From an uncultured Actinomycetota bacterium (lineage in GTDB: Bacteria; Actinomycetota; Actinomycetes; Propionibacteriales; Nocardioidaceae), in assembly GCA_963750435.1 (NCBI GenBank), contig CAVVQW010000008.1, positions 20,844 through 84,843 on the forward strand: DNA of 64,000 nucleotides, read 5' to 3'. Shown one piece after another: positions 52,886 through 61,043 of the stretch. The position numbers were made by a program, and so were the translations under genes. The notes beneath the pieces are model-generated. The model was given only the letters and a program-made list of their open reading frames with translations. It did not search any database and had not been told where the DNA came from. Each line of letters opens with the position of its first letter. The first letter of the stretch is position 1.

Positions 52886-53000
52886 GGTTGAGCAGGGCCG
52901 CGCCGTACGCCGGTTGAGCAGGGCCGAAGGCCCGTCGTCGAAACCAATGGACGCACACGCCCAGGTTTCGACGACGGTCGCCAGGGCGACCTGCTCAACC
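52886..53000. repeat. REP doublet, duplicate copy
   Basis: Same as 48566-48680 except one substitution. Confidence 0.85.
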
Positions 53001-53037
53001 GACGAAATTGACGACGCTCGACGAAGGAACCGGGAGC

Positions 53038-54066
53038 TCAGTCGCCCATCGTGTCGGCCCAGAGGTTCACGCCGGAGTCGACGGCGTGCTCGTCGATGGC
53101 CTTGAGCTCCTCGTCGGTCAGGGCGGGGGCGTCGAGGGCGTCGAGGTTGGTGTCGAGCTGGGCCACCGACGAGGCGCCGATGACCGCGGAGGTGACGCGG
53201 CGGTCGCGGAGCACCCACTGCAGGGCGAGCTGGGCGAGCTGCTGGCCGCGCTGCTCGGCGATGGCGTTGAGCGCCCGCACCCGCGTCAGCACGTCGTCGT
53301 CGAGCCCGGCCAGCGTGGAGTCGTCGCGGGCGGCGCGCGAGTCGGCCGGCACCCCGTCGAGGTACTTGCCGGTGAGCAGGCCCTGCGCGAGGGCGGTGAA
53401 CACGATGCAGCCCATTCCCTGCTCCTCGAGCTCGTCGAGGAGGCCGTGCTCGATCCAGCGGTTGAGCATGGAGTACGACGGCTGGTGGATCAGCAGCGGC
53501 GTGCCGAGCTCGCGGGCGATCGTGGCGGCCTCGCGGGTCTTATCGGCGTTGTACGACGAGATCCCGACGTACAGCGCGCGGCCGGAGCGCACGGCGGTGT
53601 CCAGCGCCATCATCGTCTCCTCGACGGGGGTGTCGCTGTCGAAGCGGTGGCTGTAGAAGATGTCGACGTAGTCCACGCCGATGCGGGCCAGCGACTGGTC
53701 GAGCGAGGCCAACATGTACTTCCGCGAGCCGCCGCCCTGGCCGTAGGGCCCCGGCCACATGTCCCAGCCCGCCTTGGTCGAGATCACCAGCTCGTCGCGC
53801 AGTCCGGCGAAGTCGTCGGCGAGGTAGCGGCCGAAGTTCTCCTCGGCGCGGCCGTACGGCGGGCCGTAGTTGTTGGCCAGGTCGAAGTGCGTCACGCCGC
53901 GGTCGAAGGCGCGGCGCAGGATCGCGCGCTGGGTCTCCTCGGGCCGGTCGGTCCCGAAGTTCTGCCACAGCCCGAGCGAGAGCGGCGGCAGCTGCAGGCC
54001 ACTGCGGCCGCAGTGGCGGTAGTCCCTGGAGTCGTAGCGGTCGGACGCGGGCTCGTAGTCGCTCAT
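53038..54066 (-). CDS. Aldo/keto reductase, copy 2
   Basis: As copy 1, with T>R and E>D changes. Confidence 0.9.
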   Translation of the reverse strand: MSDYEPASDRYDSRDYRHCGRSGLQLPPLSLGLWQNFGTDRPEETQRAILRRAFDRGVTHFDLANNYGPPYGRAEENFGRYLADDFAGLRDELVISTKAGWDMWPGPYGQGGGSRKYMLASLDQSLARIGVDYVDIFYSHRFDSDTPVEETMMALDTAVRSGRALYVGISSYNADKTREAATIARELGTPLLIHQPSYSMLNRWIEHGLLDELEEQGMGCIVFTALAQGLLTGKYLDGVPADSRAARDDSTLAGLDDDVLTRVRALNAIAEQRGQQLAQLALQWVLRDRRVTSAVIGASSVAQLDTNLDALDAPALTDEELKAIDEHAVDSGVNLWADTMGD

Positions 54067-54156
54067 GGGTCCATTGTGCCCACCCGTGGCCATCCCATCC
54101 GCAGGCCGCCCGCAGCGGTCGGCGACGCCTCGGGGCGGCGTACTACCGTCGGACCC

Positions 54157-55356
54157 ATGCCGGCCACCCGAGTCCTCCCCACCGAGGAGGCCACCGCCCT
54201 GATCGAGCTCGTCCGCGACATCGCCAACCGCGAGCTGCTGCCCGCCGTGACCGAGGCCGAGGCCACCGAGACCTTCCCGCGCGAGGTCTTCCGCACGCTC
54301 GGTCGGGCCGGCCTCCTCGGGCTGCCGTACGCCGAGGAGCTGGGCGGCGGCGGGCAGCCCTACGAGGTCTACCTGCAGGTCGTCGAGGAGATCGCGAGCG
54401 TCTGGGCCAGCGTCGGCGTCGGGGTCTCGGTGCACGCGCTGTCCTGCTTCGGCCTGGACACCGCCGGCACCAAGGAGCAGAAGCAGCGCTGGCTGCCCGA
54501 CATGCTCGGCGGCGAGCTGCTCGGCGCCTACTGCCTGTCCGAGGCCCACGCCGGCTCCGACCCCTCGGCGATGCGCACGCGGGCTCGTCGCGACGGTGAC
54601 GACTACGTCATCGACGGCGCCAAGGCCTGGACCACCCACGGCGGCCACGCCGACTTCTACAAGGTGATGGCGCGGACCTCCGGCCCTTCGACAGGCTCAG
54701 GAACCGGGAGCGGCATCTCCTGCTTCCTGGTGGCGGCCGACTCCCCCGGCCTGGAGGCCGACACCCCCGAGCGCAAGATGGGGCTGACCGGCTCGGCCAC
54801 CGCGACGATGCGCTTCGACGACGTGCGGGTGCCCGCCGACCGGCTGCTCGGTCACGAGGGTGACGGCCTGAAGATCGCGCTGGCGGGCCTGGACTCCGGC
54901 CGCCTCGGCATCGCGGCCGTCGCCGTCGGGCTCGGTCAGGGCGCGATCGACCACGCGGTCGCCTACGCCCGCGAGCGGGAGCAGTTCGGCAAGAAGATCA
55001 TCGACTTCCAGGGCCTGGCCTTCCTGCTGGCCGACATGGAGGCGGCCGTGCAGAGCGCCCGGGCGACGTACCTCCACGCCGCCCGTCTCAAGGACCGCGG
55101 CCTGCCCTTCTCGCGCGAGGCCTCGATCGCCAAGCTGGTCGCCACCGACGCCGCGATGAAGGTGACCACCGACGCCGTGCAAGTGCTCGGCGGCTACGGC
55201 TACACCCGTGACTTCCCGGTCGAGCGCTTCATGCGCGAGGCCAAGGTGACCCAGATCTTCGAGGGCACCAACCAGATCCAGCGCATGGTGATCAGCCGCT
55301 CGATGGCCAAGAGCAGCGGCGGCGACCTGCACACCGACCCCCAGGAGACCCGATGA
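54157..55356 (+). CDS. Acyl-CoA dehydrogenase, copy 2
   Basis: Same as 49837-51036. Confidence 0.92.
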   Translation: MPATRVLPTEEATALIELVRDIANRELLPAVTEAEATETFPREVFRTLGRAGLLGLPYAEELGGGGQPYEVYLQVVEEIASVWASVGVGVSVHALSCFGLDTAGTKEQKQRWLPDMLGGELLGAYCLSEAHAGSDPSAMRTRARRDGDDYVIDGAKAWTTHGGHADFYKVMARTSGPSTGSGTGSGISCFLVAADSPGLEADTPERKMGLTGSATATMRFDDVRVPADRLLGHEGDGLKIALAGLDSGRLGIAAVAVGLGQGAIDHAVAYAREREQFGKKIIDFQGLAFLLADMEAAVQSARATYLHAARLKDRGLPFSREASIAKLVATDAAMKVTTDAVQVLGGYGYTRDFPVERFMREAKVTQIFEGTNQIQRMVISRSMAKSSGGDLHTDPQETR

Positions 55357-56285
55357 GCCCCACCGACCCGACCCGCAAGCCCTCCCTGGCCGGCTTCGGC
55401 CCGGGCGACCTGCCCGACCTGAGCGGCACCCGCGCGGTCGTGACCGGCGCCAACTCCGGCATCGGCTTCCACACCGCCAAGGCGCTGGCCGAGCACGGAG
55501 CCGAGGTCGTGCTCGCGTGCCGCAACCTCGACTCCGCGCGCGCCGCGCAGGTCAAGCTGCCCGGCCACACCGACGTGCAGGAGCTCGACCTGGCCTCGCA
55601 GAAGTCGGTGACCACCTTCGCCGACCGGTTCGAGGGACCCCTCGACCTGCTCGTCAACAACGCCGGGGTGATGACCCCGCCGCGCTACCGCTCCACCGAG
55701 GACGGCCACGAGCTGCAGTTCGGCACCAACCACCTCGGCCACTTCGCGCTCGCCGGCCTGCTGCTGCGCCACCTGCTCGAGGCGTCCGCGCCCCGGATCG
55801 CGGTCGTCTCCTCGATCGCCCACCACCGCGGCGACGAGCGGGTGCTCGAGGGCAACCCCGAGGCGACGTACAACGCCAACCGCGACTACGGCCAGTCCAA
55901 GCTGGCCAACCTGCTCTTCGCCTTCGAGCTGCAGCGTCGCGCCGACGCGGCCGCCAGCCCGCTGGTCGTGGCCTCGGCGCACCCCGGTGTCTCCAACACC
56001 AACCTGGTCACCTCGCCCGACGGCATGGGCGCCCTGCCCGGCGTACGCCGGATCGCGCCGCTGGTGATGCCGCTCGTGCTGCAGTCCTCGGCCGCCGGCG
56101 CGAACCCCACGCTGTGGGCCTCGACGTACGCCGAGCCCGGCTCCTACGTCGGCCCCACCCGCCTGGCCGAGAGCCGCGGTCGCCTCGGCACCGCCAAGCT
56201 CAGCCGCCACGCCCGCGACGAGGACCTCGCCCGCCGCCTGTGGACCCTGTCGGAGGAGAAGACGGGCGTCACCTTCGACTTCTGA
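55353..56285 (+). CDS. SDR oxidoreductase, copy 2 (native stop)
   Basis: TGANSGIG, NNAG and YxxSK motifs; ends LSEEKTGVTFDF*. Confidence 0.92.
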   Translation: MSPTDPTRKPSLAGFGPGDLPDLSGTRAVVTGANSGIGFHTAKALAEHGAEVVLACRNLDSARAAQVKLPGHTDVQELDLASQKSVTTFADRFEGPLDLLVNNAGVMTPPRYRSTEDGHELQFGTNHLGHFALAGLLLRHLLEASAPRIAVVSSIAHHRGDERVLEGNPEATYNANRDYGQSKLANLLFAFELQRRADAAASPLVVASAHPGVSNTNLVTSPDGMGALPGVRRIAPLVMPLVLQSSAAGANPTLWASTYAEPGSYVGPTRLAESRGRLGTAKLSRHARDEDLARRLWTLSEEKTGVTFDF

Positions 56286-56301
56286 GTCGGTGGTCGACGC
56301 G

Positions 56302-56421
56302 CTACACAAGTGTGTAGTGGACGCGCCATGCCGGCGCGCACGTGGCAGCTCGGCTACACATTTGTGTAGAGGACGAGCCACGCCCGCGCGCATCCGGCCG
56401 TCCGGCTACACAATTGTGTAG
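56302..56421. repeat. Three 16-bp palindromes CTACACA-NN-TGTGTAG at 52-bp period
   Basis: Copies at 56302, 56354 and 56406, separated by two related 36-bp GC-rich spacers. Confidence 0.9.
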
Positions 56422-56445
56422 TTCTCGCGCCACCCACTGCCCACC

Positions 56446-57843
56446 TCAACCCCGGGGCGCGGGCAGGTCGAGGGCCACCGCCGCACCTGGGCCGTCGAGG
56501 ATCTCGGCGGTCCCGCCGTGCGCCTGGGCGACGCTGCGCACGAGGTGCAGCCCGAGGCCCGAGCCCGGGGTCGTGCGGCTCTGCTCGGCCCGGCGGAAGC
56601 GGTCGAAGGCGACCTCGCGGAACTCGGCGGGGAACCCCGGTCCGGCGTCGCGGACGACCAGCCGCAGCCGTAGGTCGTCGTACGTCGCCTCCAGGCGGAT
56701 CGGCTCCTGCCCGTGCCGGACCGCGTTGCCGAGCAGGTTCACCAGGGCGGTCGAGAGGCGGTGCCGGTCGACCATCACGACGACGTCGGGGACGTCGACC
56801 TCCACCGCCGTCCCCCGGGGTACGCCGTCGCGCACGACGTCGGCGGCCAGGTCCCGCAACCGCACGGGCTCCCGCGGGAGCGGACCACCGGCCCGGATCT
56901 CCTCCAGCTCGAGCAGGGTGTCGCTCAGCCCGACCAGCCGGGCCACCTGGCGCTGCAGCGAGGTCAGCACCTCCTCCAGCTCGGCGGGGCTGCGTGAGCG
57001 GTGCCGGACCCACTCCAGCTCGGTGCTCATCAGGGCCAGCGGGGTGCGCAGCTCGTGGGAGGCGTCGGCGAGGAGCTGCCGCTCGCGGGCCGACCCGGCC
57101 TCGATGCGGGCGAGCAGGTCGTTGAAGGTGTGGCCCAGGCGGGTCAGCTCGTCGTCGCGGTCCTCGGCGACCGGCAGCCGACCGAGCTCCTCGTCGCCGG
57201 AGCGGGCCGCGGCCCGGCGGTACCTCTCCACCGGACCCAGGGCGGCCCGGGCCGTGCGGTAGCCCACGAGGGAGGCGCCCACCAAGGTGACCAGCCCGGC
57301 GAGGAACAGCTGCAGCAGGAGCTCGCGCAGGGCCTCGTCGTGCTTGCTGCGGCTGATCGCGGTCGCCACCACCCGCTGGCCGAACGGCGTCTCCACCAGG
57401 TCGGCGCGCACGCGGTAGCCCCGCGTCGAGGGGGGCGGGAACACCCGACCCGTGTCGAGGTCCAGGTCGGTGCCGGCGGAGACCTCGGCCACCTGAGGGG
57501 GCGTCAGGAGCGGGGCGACCGTGGTGTTCCCGCCGAGCACCGTCGCCGCGCCACGGGCCGGGGCCGCGGCGTACAGCTGGTAGGTCAGCCCGGGGGTGTC
57601 GGTCGGCGGTGGACGGCCCTCGCGGGCGGCCGGCAGCACCACGCTGCGCCAGGCGGCGAGGTCCTGGTCGAGCTGGCGGTCCAAGGCATACTCCACCCGC
57701 CAGAACACGAACCCCGACGAGAGCAGCAGGATCGCCGTCATCGCGACGGCGACGGCGAGCACCAGCCGCGTGACGATCGGTCGCCGACCCACGAGCCGAC
57801 CCCCGAGCCGACCCACGAGCCCGGCCAGGCGGCCCACCCTCAC
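56446..57843 (-). CDS. Sensor histidine kinase (HAMP-HisKA-HATPase)
   Basis: Two TMs; DELTRLG, ASHELRTPL, NLLGNAVRH and GSGLGL motifs; GTGA overlap with the response regulator. Confidence 0.92.
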   Translation of the reverse strand: MRVGRLAGLVGRLGGRLVGRRPIVTRLVLAVAVAMTAILLLSSGFVFWRVEYALDRQLDQDLAAWRSVVLPAAREGRPPPTDTPGLTYQLYAAAPARGAATVLGGNTTVAPLLTPPQVAEVSAGTDLDLDTGRVFPPPSTRGYRVRADLVETPFGQRVVATAISRSKHDEALRELLLQLFLAGLVTLVGASLVGYRTARAALGPVERYRRAAARSGDEELGRLPVAEDRDDELTRLGHTFNDLLARIEAGSARERQLLADASHELRTPLALMSTELEWVRHRSRSPAELEEVLTSLQRQVARLVGLSDTLLELEEIRAGGPLPREPVRLRDLAADVVRDGVPRGTAVEVDVPDVVVMVDRHRLSTALVNLLGNAVRHGQEPIRLEATYDDLRLRLVVRDAGPGFPAEFREVAFDRFRRAEQSRTTPGSGLGLHLVRSVAQAHGGTAEILDGPGAAVALDLPAPRG

Positions 57844-58544
57844 GGCCCCGACCCGGCGGGCGGTGCCTCCGGAGTCCGGGTCTCGATGCGGTAGCCGCTG
57901 CCCCGCAGGGTCGTGACCACCACGTCGACCGAGGCCTCGAGCCGGTTGCGCAGCCGCGACATGTGCACCTCGATCGCGTTGCTGCGGATGTCGACCTCGC
58001 CGTCCCACATCGCGTCGAAGAGCCGCTGCCGCGAGACCACGTGGCCGGGCACCCGCATCAGCTCGGCCAGCATGGTGAACTCGCGTCGCGAGAACGTCGT
58101 CTCGCGCCCGCCGATCCAGACCCGCTGCTCGTCGGGGTCCAGCACCAGGTCGCCGACGGCGAGCCGCCGGTCGCCGTACGCCGCCTCGCGCCGCCGGCCG
58201 ATCGCCCGCACCCGGGCGACCAGCTCCTCCAGGGCGAACGGCTTGACGACGTAGTCGTCGGCGCCGGCCTCGAAGCCGGCCACCCGCTCCGGCACCGCGC
58301 CGCGCGCGGTCAGCATCAGCACCGGCAGGTCGTTGCCCTCGGCCCGCAGGGTGCGGCAGACCTCCAGGCCCGACATCCCCGGCAGCATCAGGTCGAGCAC
58401 CATCACGTCGGCCTCCGCCGAACGCCCCGCCTCGAGCGCGGAGGGCCCGTCGTGGCACCCGGTCGCCTCGAAGCCGGCCTCGCGGAGGTAGCTCGTGACG
58501 AGCTCGACCATCCGGACCTCGTCGTCGACCACCACCACGTGCAC
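57840..58544 (-). CDS. OmpR/PhoB family response regulator
   Basis: VVDDE, LDLMLPG, MLTARG, GADDYVVKPF and TLRGSGY motifs. Confidence 0.94.
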   Translation of the reverse strand: MHVVVVDDEVRMVELVTSYLREAGFEATGCHDGPSALEAGRSAEADVMVLDLMLPGMSGLEVCRTLRAEGNDLPVLMLTARGAVPERVAGFEAGADDYVVKPFALEELVARVRAIGRRREAAYGDRRLAVGDLVLDPDEQRVWIGGRETTFSRREFTMLAELMRVPGHVVSRQRLFDAMWDGEVDIRSNAIEVHMSRLRNRLEASVDVVVTTLRGSGYRIETRTPEAPPAGSGP

Positions 58545-58578
58545 GTCTCGATGGTAGGCGGCCGAGATGTCCGGAACA

Positions 58579-58611
58579 TTCATCTTCCCGTCACGTTCGG
58601 TTCTCTAGCGT
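58579..58611 (+). promoter_or_regulatory. Possible OmpR-type direct repeats and leaderless promoter of the DUF4956 operon
   Basis: TTCA, GTCA and TTCT at 11-bp spacing (58579, 58590, 58601); TAGCGT -10-like hexamer 7 nt before the ATG. Confidence 0.4.
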
Positions 58612-58618
58612 CACCCGC

Positions 58619-59278
58619 ATGAACGTCACCGACCTGCTCGACTTCGCCGGCCGCCTGGGCCTCGACGTCATCGCGATGCTGCTCCTGGTGGGCTGGCTCT
58701 ACCGCCGCCGCCTGGCCGCCCCCGAGATGACGCTGGTCTTCACCGCGCTGAACATCGGCCTCTTCGCCGCGGTGTCCTCGATCGGCTCGGGTCACTTCCC
58801 GACCGGGGTCGGCTTCGGCCTCTTCGGGCTGCTCAGCCTGGTGCGGCTGCGCAGCACCGCGTTCACCCTCAAGGACGTCGCCTACACGTTCGTCGCCCTC
58901 GTCCTGGCCCTGGTCAACGGCCTCCCCGGACGCGACCTGGCCCTGGTGGTCATCCTCGACGTCGTGCTGCTGGCCGCGCTGTGGCTGGTCGACGAGACCC
59001 GCTCGCGGCAGCCGGTGACCCGGGTGCTGCGGGTGACGCTCGACCACGCCGTCAGCAGCCTCGAGGAGGCGGGTGACGCGGTCGCGCTGCGGCTGGCGAT
59101 CGTGCCTCTCGACGTCGTCGTCGAGGACGTCGACCTCGTCCGGGAGACCACACGGGTCGCCGTCCGCTTCGCCGCCCCGGCCGGCTCCTGGCGGCCGGCC
59201 GACGCCCCGGGTCCCGACGCTGCCACCGGCGCCGGCGAGATGCCCGGGCCGACGACGGGGCTGCTCGATGCTCGCTGA
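58619..59278 (+). CDS. DUF4956 membrane protein
   Basis: GFGLFGLLSLVRLRS and AYTFVALVLALVNGL motifs; adjacent VTC gene. Confidence 0.85.
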   Translation: MNVTDLLDFAGRLGLDVIAMLLLVGWLYRRRLAAPEMTLVFTALNIGLFAAVSSIGSGHFPTGVGFGLFGLLSLVRLRSTAFTLKDVAYTFVALVLALVNGLPGRDLALVVILDVVLLAALWLVDETRSRQPVTRVLRVTLDHAVSSLEEAGDAVALRLAIVPLDVVVEDVDLVRETTRVAVRFAAPAGSWRPADAPGPDAATGAGEMPGPTTGLLDAR

Positions 59279-60173
59279 CCTCCTCGACCTCGACGACCGG
59301 CGGGCCCTCCCCCTGCACGAGGTGGTCGACGCCGCGCCCGCGATGACCCGGGTGGACCGCAAGTACCTCGTGCCGGTCACCGTCGCCCGCGACGTGCTGG
59401 CCCGGCTCGACCCCGCCTGGGGCGTGCTGACGCTGCCGAGCGGGCCCGCCGACGGTCGTGGTGACGGCGGCCTGGACGGTGGCCGGCGTACGACGCACTA
59501 CCGCAGCACCTACTTCGACAGCCCCGACCTCGCGACCGCCCGCGCCCACGTGCAGAACCGCCGGCGCCGGTGGAAGGCGCGCAGCCGGCTGTACGTCGAG
59601 GACGGGCTGTGCCGCACCGAGGTCAAGGCCAAGGACGGCCGCGGTCGCACGGTGAAGACGGTGACCACGTCCAGCCCGGCGGCGTACGGCCGGCTCACCG
59701 ACGACGACCTCGCCTTCCTCACCGGCACGCTCGCCGGCCACGCGATCACCGTGGACGCCGCCCGCCTGGCCCCCTCGATGGAGATCACCTACGAGCGGCT
59801 GACGCTGGCCCGCGTCGACGAGCACCCGGCCCGGCTGACCGTCGACTGGGGCATGCGCTGCGTGCTCGGCGGCCAGCAGGTCCGCCTCGACCACGACCAC
59901 GTGCTGCTCGAGACCAAGGGCGACCTGCGGGCCGGCGACGCCGACCGCCTGCTCGCCGGGCTCGGCATCCGGCCGCGCTCCTTCAGCAAGTACGCCGCCG
60001 CAGCCGGCCTGCTGCACCCCGCCGTCGCCGACAACGACGTACGCCGGCTGCGCGGCACCGTCCTGCACCACGGCGACGCCTCGGCCGGCCGACCCGCGTC
60101 CGGCCGACCCGCCTCCGGCCGACCCGCGTCCGGCCGACCGGCCTCCCCCCACCCCAGGAGCCTCACCGCATGA
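59268..60173 (+). CDS. VTC-domain (polyphosphate polymerase-like) protein
   Basis: TRVDRKY, YRSTYFD, RRRWKARSRLY, EVK, RLTVD, LLETK and FSKY motifs; C-terminal GRPAS repeats from a 15-bp VNTR. Confidence 0.85.
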   Translation: MLADLLDLDDRRALPLHEVVDAAPAMTRVDRKYLVPVTVARDVLARLDPAWGVLTLPSGPADGRGDGGLDGGRRTTHYRSTYFDSPDLATARAHVQNRRRRWKARSRLYVEDGLCRTEVKAKDGRGRTVKTVTTSSPAAYGRLTDDDLAFLTGTLAGHAITVDAARLAPSMEITYERLTLARVDEHPARLTVDWGMRCVLGGQQVRLDHDHVLLETKGDLRAGDADRLLAGLGIRPRSFSKYAAAAGLLHPAVADNDVRRLRGTVLHHGDASAGRPASGRPASGRPASGRPASPHPRSLTA

Positions 60174-61039
60174 GCACCACCTCCTCGCCCACCGGCGGCC
60201 CCCGCCGTCGCCGGATCCCCCTGCGCTACCTGCTCCTCGCCGTCGTGGCGGTGGTCGCCGTCCTCGTCGCTGCCTTCGGCGCCTCGGCGCTGGGGGGCGG
60301 CGGCCAGAACCTCTCGGCCAAGGACCGCATCAAGGCCGACCCGCCGCCCACGCTGTTCAGCGACGCCGCAGTCGCTCCGACCGGGCGTGAGGTCGCGGCC
60401 CAGGCCGCCCGCGCGCAGCGGCTGATGCAGGCCTGGTGGGCGAGCCACGGCCACCAGCGCGACGACGCGGCCTTCACCGCCTGGGCCGAGCGGGTGCTGC
60501 CCGCCCCGCCGTCGGCCGCCCGGCGTACGGCCGAGGTGGCTGCGGTGGCCAAGATCGCGCCCGCCCGCACGGCCGCCGGCGTGCAGGCCGCCACCTGGCT
60601 GGAGGCCTACGGCAAGAAGGACCTGTGGAAGCTCTACGCCCACGACCAGGCCGAGCTGCTGCCCGGCACGACCGGTGACGCCCGCAAGGCCGACGTCAAG
60701 GCGATGCTGAAGCTCTCCAAGAGCATCGCCGACACCCTCGGCACGAAGTACCAGCAGTCCGCGCCGTACGTCCTGCAGCCGTCGCTGCGCCCGGACCACA
60801 CCGTCACCAAGGGGCAGGTCTGCCCCTGCTCCTACCCCTCGCGGCACGCCGCCGCCGGGGCCGCCGCCTCGACCTACCTCGGCGGCCTGGACCCGCACCG
60901 GGTCGCGGACTACGCCTGGACCCAGGCCGAGATCGACTACTCCCGCGTCTACATGGCCGGCCACGTGCCGAGCGACATCGAGGCCGGAGCCCTGCTCGGC
61001 GACCTGATCGGCGAGTACTACCTGGGCAGCCGGGCCTGA
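60170..61039 (+). CDS. Membrane-anchored PAP2/acid-phosphatase superfamily protein
   Basis: N-terminal TM; SYPSRH and SRVYMAGHVPSD (SR-x5-H-x3-D); ATGA overlap with the VTC gene. Confidence 0.75.
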   Translation: MSTTSSPTGGPRRRRIPLRYLLLAVVAVVAVLVAAFGASALGGGGQNLSAKDRIKADPPPTLFSDAAVAPTGREVAAQAARAQRLMQAWWASHGHQRDDAAFTAWAERVLPAPPSAARRTAEVAAVAKIAPARTAAGVQAATWLEAYGKKDLWKLYAHDQAELLPGTTGDARKADVKAMLKLSKSIADTLGTKYQQSAPYVLQPSLRPDHTVTKGQVCPCSYPSRHAAAGAAASTYLGGLDPHRVADYAWTQAEIDYSRVYMAGHVPSDIEAGALLGDLIGEYYLGSRA

Positions 61040-61043
61040 GGCC

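Larger units (their letters stand above)
47643..56282. repeat. 4,320-bp direct tandem duplication (47643-51962 / 51963-56282)
   Basis: Line-by-line identity at offset 4320, about 16 substitutions seen; junction TTCGACTTC|GGGCAGGGCAGG. Confidence 0.97.

Noticed and set aside
56302-56421. Mini-CRISPR (16-bp palindromes with 36-bp spacers)
   Set aside because: The repeat is too short, the spacers resemble each other, and there is no cas gene or leader. Kept as a phased palindrome array.
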